Positions 1 through 8,904 are shown, numbered from the stretch's first letter. The stretch: DNA of 49,227 bases from Candidatus Pacearchaeota archaeon (GCA_017609915.1 JAFCDA010000002.1:1-49227), one strand, 5' to 3'. Notes: generated by a model not told the origin, from the letters alone. Made by a program: numbers and translations.

Positions 1-222
1 ATATTCTTCTCCTTTTTCAGGAGTATCAATACCCAAAAGCCGTATAGTATCATTATTACAAACTAAAGTATCTCCATCAATAACTCTAGTAACAAAACAT
101 TTTTCTTTTTCATAATTTTTTCCAGATATTTCTCTTTCTCCAGTAAAATAAGGATAATAAACACTTAAAATCCCTAGTAAAAAAACAATTATTGCAAAAA
201 TTAAAAACCTATTCCATACCAT
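1..222 (-). CDS. Thermonuclease (staphylococcal-nuclease fold) protein, N-terminal part; runs off the window edge
   Basis: Not in the ORF track. Reverse translation from the ATG at 222 gives MVWNRFLIFAIIVFLLGILSVYYPYF...FVTRVIDGDTLVCNNDTIRLLGIDTPEKGEEY. It has an N-terminal TM helix followed by the VxDGDT...RLxGIDxPE SNase motif. Confidence 0.6.
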   Translation of the reverse strand, partial: MVWNRFLIFAIIVFLLGILSVYYPYFTGEREISGKNYEKEKCFVTRVIDGDTLVCNNDTIRLLGIDTPEKGEEY

Positions 223-272
223 ATTATTCACTCAACAACAACATTTTTAAACATACTTTTTTTCTCTAAGTC

Positions 273-581
273 ATGGCAAAAGTAAGAATAAAACTGAAAA
301 GTATAAGCATTGATGCATTAAATGATATATGTAAAAAAATCAAAGAAATAGCTGATAAAGCTGGAACACCCATAAGTGGACCAATTCCTCTTCCAAATAA
401 AAAACTTAAAATAACAACAAGAAAATCTCCTTGTGGAGACGGAACCGCTACTTTTGATAATTATGAAATGAGGATACATTCAAGAGTAATTGATCTTCCT
501 GCAGACGACAGAGCACTTCATGCAATCATGAGATTATATATTCCAAGAAACGTGACAATTAAGATAGAGATGAAGGAATAA
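273..581 (+). CDS. rps10: 30S ribosomal protein uS10
   Basis: 102 aa. KIRIKL...GPIPLP...ITTRKSPCGDGTATFDNYEMRIHSRVIDL matches the archaeal S10 pattern. Confidence 0.9.
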   Translation: MAKVRIKLKSISIDALNDICKKIKEIADKAGTPISGPIPLPNKKLKITTRKSPCGDGTATFDNYEMRIHSRVIDLPADDRALHAIMRLYIPRNVTIKIEMKE

Positions 582-595
582 AACCCACTTTTTCT

Positions 596-668
596 CAGTA
601 TCTTATTGTATCTTAAGTTGTACACTTCTCTTCTTCAAAGCTCTAAATTTAATAGAATATTAGTTTAA
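596..668 (-). repeat. Dispersed intergenic module, copy E (reverse orientation; lies between convergent gene ends)
   Basis: The reverse complement reads ..ttagagctttgaagaagaga..cttaagatacaataagatact. See the finding on the module family. Confidence 0.4.
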
Positions 669-683
669 ATTTATAATAAATAA

Positions 684-1034
684 TCACTCTTCTTCACCAA
701 AAACATTTCCAACTTTATCTAAATTCTCAATCATTTCTTTATTTTCAACAACATCTTTTTTTTGTTCAACAAGAATTTTTCTTGCTTTTATAAAAGCTTC
801 ACATAATTTCAAGTCTTTTGGGCATTTTTCTTCACAAGCTTTACATAAGGTACAATCATAAATAATCTTATCAACATAATTATTATCAAGAACTATTACT
901 CTCCCTCTTGGAGAATATTGCTCTGTTCTCATAACCTTAAGTACAGGACACAACTCTCTACAAAATCCACACCGAATACATTTTTCAATTATTTCTTTTA
1001 TTTCTTCTTTTGCATTATCTGCTTCAATTGTCAT
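684..1034 (-). CDS. 4Fe-4S dicluster domain protein (like the N-terminal part of GlcF/LutB-type Fe-S subunits)
   Basis: CIRCGFCRELCP and CTLCKACEEKCP motifs. Its start overlaps the stop of the upstream FAD oxidase gene (ATGA). Confidence 0.7.
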   Translation of the reverse strand: MTIEADNAKEEIKEIIEKCIRCGFCRELCPVLKVMRTEQYSPRGRVIVLDNNYVDKIIYDCTLCKACEEKCPKDLKLCEAFIKARKILVEQKKDVVENKEMIENLDKVGNVFGEEE

Positions 1035-2647
1035 TTTATTTTTCCCTCCTTATCTTTATTATTTAAACCAAAACCACCCATCATAAATTTACTAACCACA
1101 TCTTGTTCTTCTTTTGATAATTTACCTCTTTTTTCAGCATCTTCACTAGCCCTTTTAGGAACCCCTTTAGCAAAATCTTCAATCTTTTTTCTTCTTTGTT
1201 CAGGTAATTCAGATTCATAAGTTTGCTCATAATCCTTTAATACTTTTTCTTCTTCACTAGCAAGGGACTCTGCCCCTTTCGTAACCCCAAATTCTTTTTC
1301 AGGTTCTTCTTTTTTAGTTTCTAGTTTTGTAACTTCTTCAATAAACTCGCTCATTTCTTGTTCAGGAGTTTTCATTTCATCTTTAAATTTAGAAGCACTA
1401 ATCTCCTCACCTAAAGAAGGTTGAATTTCCTCAGATTTTTCTTCTATAAAAGATTTTATTTCTTCAATTTCTTCTTTTTCAATAGGCTGAAGATGTTGGG
1501 ACTCTTGTTTAGAAGCATATTTTTTAAGTGTAGCTTCTGCATCCACAATCTTTCCTCTATTCAATTTTCCAAAAGGGTCATGCCTTAATTTAACTCTTTT
1601 AATTACCTTAGTTTCAAAAGAATCTAAAAGATATTTCCTATTCAAACCAATCCCATAACCTCCTTGCTTTGCCTTTACTCTTTTAATTAATTTAATTACC
1701 TTATTTTTTTTATCTGTTTCATTATCTTTAAAAAAAGGGCGGATAATTCCTGCTCCTAAAAAACCAAAATAAGGAATTTGATGCCTTTCTAAGAGCAAAA
1801 TAAATTCTTTTAATTTATCAAAGAAAAATTTGTGGTCTTCACTATTATAATATTCTTCAGCATAAAGAGCAGAACAAACATCTTCTTTTAATTTTGATAC
1901 AAGTTCATACTTGTCTCCTTTAATCTTCCCTCTATCTGAATCAAACCCTATTATCATATTGTATTTTTCCTTAAAACCTAATAATTTTGATACCTTTGGT
2001 GAGAAAAACTCTAGCATAACAACCTCTTTTTCTAACTTTAATCTGCGTGCAATTGATAAGGCTTCATCTAAATTTTCTGTTTGAAAAATCGATGCACTTT
2101 TTTTAACCTTAGGTATAATTCTCAGAGTAGCAGCAACAATAATTCCAGTAATTCCCTCCATACCGCAAACATCCATTAAATCTGCTTTACTTGTTTTCAT
2201 TAATTCTCCTCTTCCATTAACAAATTCTATTTCTTCTATCAATTGTTTTATTGCTTCATATTTCAATCCTCCAGAAGCATTTTTAGCAATCATTCCCCCA
2301 ATTGTAGAAATTCCATGATTAAAAGAAGACATAGGAAACTCAAATCCTGCAGCATTCAGTTTTTCATTTAATTCTTTTAATGTAACTCCTGCCTCAGCCC
2401 TAACTGTTTTTTTAACAGGATTAAAACCAGAAATATTATTCATTTTTCCCATATCAAGAACCAAAGAATTATCAGGAATACATCCCCCAACTAAACCAGT
2501 ACCTGCACCTCTTGGAACAACATCTAATTTAGCTTTTTTAACCAGTTCTTGAACTTCCTCTATTTTTTTAGGAAAAGCTACTTTCTCTGCTTTTCCAATT
2601 AAACGCGAGGCATCAGTATTATAGCAGGTTATTATTTTTTTATTCAT
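1031..2647 (-). CDS. FAD-binding oxidoreductase (GlcD / D-lactate dehydrogenase family) with an acidic/Lys-rich C-terminal tail of about 160 aa
   Basis: PRGAGTGLVGG FAD-binding (FAD_binding_4-like) motif in the N-terminal half. The C-terminal third is low-complexity E/K-rich sequence. Confidence 0.75.
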   Translation of the reverse strand: MNKKIITCYNTDASRLIGKAEKVAFPKKIEEVQELVKKAKLDVVPRGAGTGLVGGCIPDNSLVLDMGKMNNISGFNPVKKTVRAEAGVTLKELNEKLNAAGFEFPMSSFNHGISTIGGMIAKNASGGLKYEAIKQLIEEIEFVNGRGELMKTSKADLMDVCGMEGITGIIVAATLRIIPKVKKSASIFQTENLDEALSIARRLKLEKEVVMLEFFSPKVSKLLGFKEKYNMIIGFDSDRGKIKGDKYELVSKLKEDVCSALYAEEYYNSEDHKFFFDKLKEFILLLERHQIPYFGFLGAGIIRPFFKDNETDKKNKVIKLIKRVKAKQGGYGIGLNRKYLLDSFETKVIKRVKLRHDPFGKLNRGKIVDAEATLKKYASKQESQHLQPIEKEEIEEIKSFIEEKSEEIQPSLGEEISASKFKDEMKTPEQEMSEFIEEVTKLETKKEEPEKEFGVTKGAESLASEEEKVLKDYEQTYESELPEQRRKKIEDFAKGVPKRASEDAEKRGKLSKEEQDVVSKFMMGGFGLNNKDKEGKIK

Positions 2648-2663
2648 ATTTTATTTCTCCATA

Positions 2664-2740
2664 TCTCTATAAATCTTTAAGTTATACAAAGAGTTCTTTC
2701 TTCTCATCTTCATATCTCCCTATGCTTATCAGATACTAGT
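2664..2740 (+). repeat. Dispersed intergenic module, copy F
   Basis: tctctataaatctttaag...ctcatcttcatatctccctatgcttatcagatactag. See the finding on the module family. Confidence 0.4.
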
Positions 2741-2748
2741 TTACTTAT

Positions 2749-3561
2749 CTAAACCTCCACTTCATCATAATCTTCTTCTAATTCTTCTTCTATAAATTCT
2801 TCTGGAATTTCTTTTTCCTTTATTTTAATTCCTAAAGCTTTTGCCAAGACTTCTGAAAATTCTAAAACTTTCATATCAAACTCTTCAGCATTTTTGTTTA
2901 ATAATTGATGATTCTTTAAAGAAGAAACAATTATATTATTTATACCAATTCTTTTAGATTGTAAAAGTCTTTGTTTTGCAATTTCATCTGCTAATTTAGG
3001 ATTAATTCTTGTTAATCCACCACAACTTCCACAACACATACTATTTTCTTTTGAATCTGGAATTTCTTTTATTTCATAACCAATTAGTTCTAAAATCCTA
3101 CGAGGAGTATTATAAATTCCACAATATCTTCCTAAATAACAAGAATCATGATAAGTAACTAATTTCATAGCTTGATTTTTAATTAAACGAGGTTTATTCT
3201 CTAATTTTTCTAAAATAATTTCCCATAAATTCTTAACTTCTATGTCCCAATCAGGAAGCATTTCAGGATAATCTTGTGAAAACATTTTATAACAAGCAGG
3301 ACATGCAGTAATAATCTCATTAATCCCTTGTTCTTTAAAAATCTCAAAATTCCTTCGTGCTAACTTTCGAGCCTCAACCTCATAACCTGCTTCAAAAGCA
3401 GGAAGCCCACAACAAATTTTCTTATCTATAATCTTAAAACCAATTCTAAGCTTAGAAAAAATCTTTTTATATAATTCAAAATTCTCATTAAATTTAAAAT
3501 ATGTTACACAACCTGGAAAATACAGTGTATTGCTTGTTTTAAATCTTGAAAACAGACCCAT
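2749..3561 (-). CDS. Cysteine-rich (CCG) domain Fe-S oxidoreductase subunit (GlcF C-terminal / HdrB / LutA-like)
   Basis: Two CCG-type repeats are visible (..KICCGLPAFEAGY.. and ..MCCGSCGG..) with conserved Cys spacing. Confidence 0.75.
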   Translation of the reverse strand: MGLFSRFKTSNTLYFPGCVTYFKFNENFELYKKIFSKLRIGFKIIDKKICCGLPAFEAGYEVEARKLARRNFEIFKEQGINEIITACPACYKMFSQDYPEMLPDWDIEVKNLWEIILEKLENKPRLIKNQAMKLVTYHDSCYLGRYCGIYNTPRRILELIGYEIKEIPDSKENSMCCGSCGGLTRINPKLADEIAKQRLLQSKRIGINNIIVSSLKNHQLLNKNAEEFDMKVLEFSEVLAKALGIKIKEKEIPEEFIEEELEEDYDEVEV

Positions 3562-3587
3562 TTTTATTATTTGATTATTTATCTATT

Positions 3588-3663
3588 TCTATAAACTATA
3601 AGCTTTGAAGATGAATAGCTTAAACTTATCATCTGTATCTCTCTAGGTTTTATAAAATACTAG
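3588..3663 (+). repeat. Dispersed intergenic module, copy A
   Basis: tctataaactataagctttgaagatgaatagcttaaacttatcatctgtatctctctaggttttataaaatactag. Confidence 0.45.
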
Positions 3664-3776
3664 TTATTTGCTTAATTATTAGTATTAATTATAGAAGATT
3701 TCGGTTTTAAAGCATATATATATTAAAAAGGATATTTTTAAAAACACAACATAATTAACAAAATCATGACAATAAT

Positions 3777-3856
3777 GCCCGCATGGCACAGTGGTACTGC
3801 ACAAGATTGGAAATCTTGGTCCTTTGGACTCCCAGGTTCGATTCCTGGTGTGGGCG
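3777..3856 (+). tRNA. tRNA-Ser (anticodon GGA), class II with a long variable arm; CCA not encoded
   Basis: Hand-folded. Acceptor stem GCCCGCA/TGTGGGC, anticodon stem CAAGA/TCTTG, loop TTGGAAA (anticodon GGA), 13-nt variable arm GTCCTTTGGACTC, T-arm CCAGG-TTCGATT-CCTGG. Confidence 0.8.
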
Positions 3857-3861
3857 TTATA
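3844..3861 (+). repeat. attL-like direct repeat (3' end of tRNA-Ser plus 5 nt)
   Basis: tggtgtgggcgttata (3846-3861) recurs exactly at 10696-10711. Extended to 18 nt, 17 positions match. Confidence 0.6.
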
Positions 3862-3932
3862 CCTTTCTGGCATATTTAAGGGGTACAACTTTTATACAGG
3901 TTGTTAATAAACCTGTAAAAAAAGAATAATCT

Positions 3933-4166
3933 ATGAAAATAGACCCATATAAACACGAAGAGAAGTACTTGAATTGGAAGGCTAAGCTTAATGGAAGTCT
4001 TCCTGAAATACGTGAATTTAATTCTAAAAGAATCTTAGATTACATATTTGATATGGAAAAAGGCATTAATATTGCAATGGGAAGTAAAAAAGGAGCAAGA
4101 AGCTATCCAAGATTAAATAATCTAAGACAGAGGAAGAACAATTATTCTCCTTTTTCTCAAAAATGA
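3933..4166 (+). pseudogene. Tyrosine-recombinase (integrase) N-terminal fragment, truncated after about 70 aa
   Basis: MKIDPYKHEEKYLNWKAKL...MEKGINIAMGSKKGARSYPRLNNLRQR resembles, from memory, the N-terminus of archaeal site-specific integrases. No catalytic domain follows. Confidence 0.4.
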
Positions 4167-4169
4167 GAA

Positions 4170-4424
4170 ATGGGGAGATTAAAACAAATCTTTTCAGCTT
4201 TAGACAATGAATATAGGTTGAAGATAATTAAATTGTGTTCTAATAAAATTTACACAGTTACAGAGTTGAGTAAGCTTTTAAAATTGAATTATAGCATAAC
4301 CGTAGAATATACAAGTATGCTTGAAAAAGTAGGTTTACTTCAAAAAACCAGAAATGAAGATAGAACTGCCAGTGTTAAATCATTGATAAGAATTAATAGT
4401 AATGGTGAAATTAAGAGAATTTAG
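4170..4424 (+). CDS. ArsR/SmtB-family winged-helix transcriptional regulator
   Basis: 84 aa. LDNEYRLKIIKLC...YTVTELSKLLKLNYSITVEYTSMLEKVGLL is an HTH pattern. Confidence 0.65.
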   Translation: MGRLKQIFSALDNEYRLKIIKLCSNKIYTVTELSKLLKLNYSITVEYTSMLEKVGLLQKTRNEDRTASVKSLIRINSNGEIKRI

Positions 4425-5061
4425 AATTCTTTACTTCACACCAATAAGCAATATCTGTAAGAGGTTGAATATCTCCTTTTAAACCTGCTTTATCTAATAT
4501 TTTTTCTAATTTCTCTCTATTAAATCTTTCAGAAACTAACCCTTCTCTTAGAAAAACATAATTTTCATCTTGATGTTCAATTATTAATCCATTTTGCTTT
4601 AACATATTAAGATATGATGGTAAAACATTTTCCGAAAAAACACTAAGATAAATATTTCCCTCTGGCTTAACAATTCTTTTTGCTTCTTGTAAAACTTTGT
4701 CTCTTACAGAATATAAGTTTCCAAAAGTATTCCAAAGCATAAATACATGATCAAATTTAGAATCCTTAAAATGCATAGATTTGGCATCTTCTAAGTAAAA
4801 TCTTACATTTTCATTTCTTTGTAATATTTTTCTTGCCTGATTCAATAATCTTTCGCTAAAATCAATTCCAATTACTTCATCAGCAACGCCAGAAAGTATT
4901 GCTGTACTTCTTCCACTTCCGCATCCAATATCTAAAACTCTTCCTCCTTTGATTGATTCTCTGGTTTTATCCTGTTCCACTTCTAAGTATCTTTGGAATG
5001 GTTCTGTTTCATTTAAGTTCTCAAAATAAGGACTATCGTAAAATATTTGTATAGGGTTCAT
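4411..5061 (-). CDS. Class I SAM-dependent methyltransferase
   Basis: VLDIGCGSGR (motif I) and DHVFMLWNTFGNL (post-I/II-like) motifs. 216 aa. Confidence 0.8.
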   Translation of the reverse strand: MNPIQIFYDSPYFENLNETEPFQRYLEVEQDKTRESIKGGRVLDIGCGSGRSTAILSGVADEVIGIDFSERLLNQARKILQRNENVRFYLEDAKSMHFKDSKFDHVFMLWNTFGNLYSVRDKVLQEAKRIVKPEGNIYLSVFSENVLPSYLNMLKQNGLIIEHQDENYVFLREGLVSERFNREKLEKILDKAGLKGDIQPLTDIAYWCEVKNSKFS

Positions 5062-5102
5062 TAAATCCTATGCCAAATCCTTATTAATATAGATAATAGG
5101 TC

Positions 5103-5134
5103 CTATTTTCTTACAAATACGAAAGATTTATAAA
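5103..5134 (+). promoter_or_regulatory. Conserved promoter/operator block (copy 1) with the TATA box TTTATAAA
   Basis: ctattttcttacaaatacgaaagatttataaa matches 8873-8904 at 29 of 32 positions. The TATA box ends 22 nt before the ATG at 5156. Confidence 0.5.
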
Positions 5135-5155
5135 TAATCTTCTTATATGTACAAT

Positions 5156-6115
5156 ATGAGATTAGATAAGATAGATTTGAAAATTTTGCATGAACTTGAT
5201 CTTAATTCAAGAATTTCTTTAAAAAAACTGTCAAGTATCACAAAATGCTCAAAGAGTAAAGTACAATATAGAATAAATAGATTAATCAAAGAGAAAATTA
5301 TAGATTTTTTTTATACTATTATTAATTTCAATAAATTAGGGTATACACAATATAAATTATATTTTAAATATCACAATACAGATCCTAATAAAGAAAAAGA
5401 TATAATATCTTATTGGGCAAAAGATAAAAATTCTGTTTGGGTTGGATCTCTTAGGGGAGGTTGGGATTTGGGAGTATCTTTATTATGTAAAAATGAAGTA
5501 GAGTTAGCAAAAGTTATTAGAAAATTCATGTATAAATACTCTAAATTTATTTTTAGTAAAGTTGTTTTTATAACAGAATATTCTCCAGTATTCACAAGAT
5601 CTTTTTTAGAACCAGGAAAAGAGAAAAAACACTTTAAATATTCCTTAAAAAAAGAAGAAATAAAAATAGACCCTACTGATAAAAAAATTTTACAACATTT
5701 ATCAAACAATGCTAGAATTTCTATAGAATCACTTTCAAAGTTAGTTAAAAAAGATAGGGATACTATTGCTTATAGAATAAAAAAATTAAAAAAATTAGGT
5801 ATTATCGCAGGTTTTAGGATACATCTTAATCTTAATAAACTAGGATATAAAATATATAAAATTCTTTTAAATTTTAAAGGATTGGATGAAAATAATGAAG
5901 AAAAAATTGTAGATTATATTAAAAAACATAAATTCGGAACACAATATTTAAAATTAATCGGAAGTTGGGATGCGGAATTAGAATTTGAAATGGAAGAAGG
6001 AGATGAGATTTATGAACATCTAGGAAAATTTAGAGAAGAATTTGGTCAATTAATAACCCAATATGAAATTATCTTAATTTCAGATAACTATAAGTTAAAT
6101 TATTATCCCTTTTAA
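5156..6115 (+). CDS. Tandem (double) Lrp/AsnC-type transcriptional regulator, paralog 1
   Basis: Two HTH modules (DKIDLKILHELDLNSRISLKKLS.. and DKKILQHLSNNARISIESLSKL..), each followed by a RAM-like segment. The start at 5156 was chosen by alignment with the paralog and by TATA spacing; the ORF track starts at 5147. Confidence 0.65.
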   Translation: MRLDKIDLKILHELDLNSRISLKKLSSITKCSKSKVQYRINRLIKEKIIDFFYTIINFNKLGYTQYKLYFKYHNTDPNKEKDIISYWAKDKNSVWVGSLRGGWDLGVSLLCKNEVELAKVIRKFMYKYSKFIFSKVVFITEYSPVFTRSFLEPGKEKKHFKYSLKKEEIKIDPTDKKILQHLSNNARISIESLSKLVKKDRDTIAYRIKKLKKLGIIAGFRIHLNLNKLGYKIYKILLNFKGLDENNEEKIVDYIKKHKFGTQYLKLIGSWDAELEFEMEEGDEIYEHLGKFREEFGQLITQYEIILISDNYKLNYYPF

Positions 6116-7563
6116 AGAACTTCTTTTAAGTACTTTTGAAACTCATTAAATGCCTGTTCACTTTTTGGATCTCCTTCATACATTACTTTCATTCTTGTTT
6201 TATAATCATCTGAGAAATATAATTTAAGAACATTCTTTCTAGCTTCTATTAGTTCTTTAGGTGTTGCTTTGCTTTTAATTACAGGTCTATCATTAGTAAG
6301 CATAGACCATTTTCTTTTATATCCATCTAACCAAAGATTTTCTCTTTCAACTTTATCATAAAGTCTTGTTCCTGGATAAGGAGTCAAAAAAACAGCCCTT
6401 ATTCTACTAAATGGAATTTTTTTAACAAATTCTAAGTCCTGCTTTAAATCTTCTGATGTTTGTTCCGGATATCCCAACATATAATATAATCCTAAATGTA
6501 TATCATGACCTGTAATTTCATTTGAAACAGAAGGCAAAGTAGAAATTTCATACCCTTTTCCAATTGAATTTAATATCTGCTGATTTGTTGTTTCCATTCC
6601 AAGTGTAACTTCACAACAACCACTTTCTCTTAATAAATCATAATCGCTAAATTTAGATGCAGATCTAACACTCCCCATAACATGATATTTAACTTTAATT
6701 CCTCTTTTAACTATATCTTCCGCAATAGACCTACACCAATTTTGATTTGTAAGAAAATCATCATCTCCAAAGAATACAAAATTTACACCCTTATCTTCAA
6801 CAAGATGCTCTAACTCATCTACAACATTTTCTGGAGATCTATATATTATTCTTCTCCCCCATATAGAATTACTTGAACAAAAACTACAATCATTCCAACA
6901 ACCTCTTGATCCAACTAACATAGCAAGACGCATATCAGAATGAGGAACTGAATGAGGTATTTGTTTTGCAAAAAAAGTTTTATAATCTTTAGTTGGATGT
7001 ATTAATTTAGTATCAATTGAATTAAGTTCTTCTGATGTTAATCTCCTTTGTTTTTTAGTTTTAACAATCTTTTCTCCATCAAAAAAAGCAATCCCTTCTA
7101 ATGAATGAGGATCTAAAGAATTTTTTAGATTATTAACTAAATTAAAAAAAGTTTTTTCACCTTCTCCAATAACTACATAATCTACACATCCTTCCTTAAG
7201 AACTCTATCATAATAATTGGTTGCCTGTGGCCCTCCCCAAACAATTCTTATATCTCTATTAGCATCCTTTAATTTTCTACTAAATCTTTTTGATGGTTCA
7301 TAATTACTTGCCATCACAGATAATCCAATAACACTAGGATTTTCGGATAATATTTCTTGTATACTTGAAGAATTATGTTTAACTTGAACATTTAATCCAT
7401 TCTGATTTGCATAAGCACTGATATATTCTATTCCAATAAATTCACAGGATTCATTACTACTTACTATCCCTGTTTTGTCTTTATCTTGATCTAATCCTAA
7501 GAGAGTTATTTTTTGCATTTTATCTCCCAATTCTACTCCTTGTTTATAATTTGATAAAGACAA
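6112..7563 (-). CDS. B12-binding-domain radical SAM enzyme (class B, methyltransferase-like)
   Basis: N-terminal Rossmann-type B12-binding region (..VIGLSVMASNY..IVWGGPQATNY..VVIGEGE..) followed by a CWNDCSFC (CxxxCxxC) cluster motif. Confidence 0.8.
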   Translation of the reverse strand: MSLSNYKQGVELGDKMQKITLLGLDQDKDKTGIVSSNESCEFIGIEYISAYANQNGLNVQVKHNSSSIQEILSENPSVIGLSVMASNYEPSKRFSRKLKDANRDIRIVWGGPQATNYYDRVLKEGCVDYVVIGEGEKTFFNLVNNLKNSLDPHSLEGIAFFDGEKIVKTKKQRRLTSEELNSIDTKLIHPTKDYKTFFAKQIPHSVPHSDMRLAMLVGSRGCWNDCSFCSSNSIWGRRIIYRSPENVVDELEHLVEDKGVNFVFFGDDDFLTNQNWCRSIAEDIVKRGIKVKYHVMGSVRSASKFSDYDLLRESGCCEVTLGMETTNQQILNSIGKGYEISTLPSVSNEITGHDIHLGLYYMLGYPEQTSEDLKQDLEFVKKIPFSRIRAVFLTPYPGTRLYDKVERENLWLDGYKRKWSMLTNDRPVIKSKATPKELIEARKNVLKLYFSDDYKTRMKVMYEGDPKSEQAFNEFQKYLKEVL

Positions 7564-8636
7564 TCTGTTCTTGATCCATCAGGTTTCATTTTATGCATGG
7601 GCCCACCATGACAATAGTCCCACTCTCCACAACTCTGGCAATCTTCTGTTTTTTTCCATTCAAACTTCCTATACTTCTGATATTTATTATCCCAAATATC
7701 TCTTATTCTGTCTTTTCTTAAATCTCCCTCAAAACCAAACTCCCTAGGAATGTTTGAACATGCAGCTAATTTTCCATCATATAAAATTCCAAGATTATTA
7801 ATTCCAGCGACACAATGAAAAATAAAAGGTCTAATAGTTCCTTCAATATCTTTTCCTAACCATCCACCACACCCTAATTCGACCATTGTTTCATTTGAGT
7901 TTCCATATTTTTCACAGTTATCTGCATATTCTCTTTGCAAAAAGCTTATCACTTCTTTTGTTTGATTTGAAGATAAAAGATATTCTTTATTAAGATCTGC
8001 TCTACCTAAAGGATCTATAGTCATTACTCTAAATGTTCTTGGTCTAATTTCTCTTTTTACAGATTCATATAATTGTGGAATTTGATCAACATTCTTTGCA
8101 TGAGCAACAGTAGAAACAGTTACAGTCAATCCTTCATCAACAGCACTTTTAGCAGCTTTTACAGCTAAATCATAACTTCCCCTCATTCCCCTAAAAGAAT
8201 CATGTGATTCTCTATCTCCATCAATACTAACCCCAATTCCTGTAACTCCAAATTTTTTTAATTTTTTAATTAAATCAGAATTTTTTCCAAGAACAACTCC
8301 ATTAGTTTGAATATCAATATTTCTGTAATGAGGGCTTTGACTAATATTTTCTAAAATATAAGGCAAATCTTTTCTAACTAATGGCTCTCCACCAGTTATA
8401 TTTACATGTCTAAAATGAGACATATCAAAATCCTCTTCTATCTGTTTAAATGCTCCTATAACTTCTTTAGAAGATAATTCTTCAGGCAATTGTACTGCTT
8501 CAGAAGGAGATCCACAATGTTTACAACTAAGATTACATTTTCTTGTTGCTTCCCAACTAATAATTTGAAGGGGATGACCTTCAATTAAATTTTCTATATT
8601 AGATTTCCAATTACAAAAATTATTTTCTAATTCCAT
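7533..8636 (-). CDS. Radical SAM enzyme with a C-terminal SPASM/twitch-type auxiliary-cluster domain
   Basis: CNLSCKHC (CxxxCxxC), GGEPL, then C-x12-G-x4-C (CVAGINNLGILYDGKLAAC) and CQSCGEWDYC. Overlaps the downstream B12-rSAM gene by 31 nt. Confidence 0.8.
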   Translation of the reverse strand: MELENNFCNWKSNIENLIEGHPLQIISWEATRKCNLSCKHCGSPSEAVQLPEELSSKEVIGAFKQIEEDFDMSHFRHVNITGGEPLVRKDLPYILENISQSPHYRNIDIQTNGVVLGKNSDLIKKLKKFGVTGIGVSIDGDRESHDSFRGMRGSYDLAVKAAKSAVDEGLTVTVSTVAHAKNVDQIPQLYESVKREIRPRTFRVMTIDPLGRADLNKEYLLSSNQTKEVISFLQREYADNCEKYGNSNETMVELGCGGWLGKDIEGTIRPFIFHCVAGINNLGILYDGKLAACSNIPREFGFEGDLRKDRIRDIWDNKYQKYRKFEWKKTEDCQSCGEWDYCHGGPMHKMKPDGSRTDCLYQIINKE

Positions 8637-8650
8637 TTTTAAGAAGAAAC

Positions 8651-8815
8651 TTACTTAGCGTAAATAGTTCTAAAGTAGTCACTATCGTCGTCTCCTGGAT
8701 GGCTTCCATACATGTTATTAACATATTCTACTGGATTTTGCCAATTTAGCATTCTCTGCTTGAACAACTGAACTTTGCTATCTTTAGTTTTTTCAGCTAT
8801 GTTTTCTAATTCCAT
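8651..8815 (-). CDS. Small ORF (54 aa): candidate precursor peptide of the radical-SAM operon
   Basis: Not in the ORF track. MELENIAEKTKDSKVQLFKQRMLNWQNPVEYVNNMYGSHPGDDDSDYFRTIYAK. A GGAGGA box lies 7 nt upstream of the ATG, and the stop lies 14 nt before the rSAM/SPASM start. Confidence 0.5.
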   Translation of the reverse strand: MELENIAEKTKDSKVQLFKQRMLNWQNPVEYVNNMYGSHPGDDDSDYFRTIYAK

Positions 8816-8872
8816 ATTTCTTCCTCCGTTGTAAATACAGAAATATATGACACATAATTAATACTTATTACT

Positions 8873-8904
8873 CTATTTTCTTACTTATACGCAAGATTTA
8901 TAAA
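8873..8904 (+). promoter_or_regulatory. Conserved promoter/operator block (copy 2) with the TATA box TTTATAAA
   Basis: ctattttcttacttatacgcaagatttataaa. The TATA box ends 25 nt before the ATG at 8929, which suggests a leaderless mRNA. Confidence 0.5.

Noticed and set aside
918-1220. Plus-strand 100-aa ORF (and similar ones at 5410-5709, 10880-11101, 12363-12762, 12846-13046, 16388-16951, 18439-18965, 19201-19723, 25653-25901, 30040-30900, 31431-31622, 33317-33882, 40456-40656, 48861-49094)
   Set aside because: Each is embedded antisense or out of frame within a gene that has clear family motifs. None has motifs of its own.
3685-3888. 67-aa minus-strand ORF running antisense through tRNA-Ser. 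I also tested whether it could be the N-part of an SSV-type split integrase that would be completed by the remnant at 10554-10706.
   Set aside because: Most of the ORF is the reverse complement of the tRNA. Across the shared 16-mer the two frames differ by 2 nt, and the distal frame has a TAA inside the repeat. Joining them across att therefore does not reconstitute an ORF.
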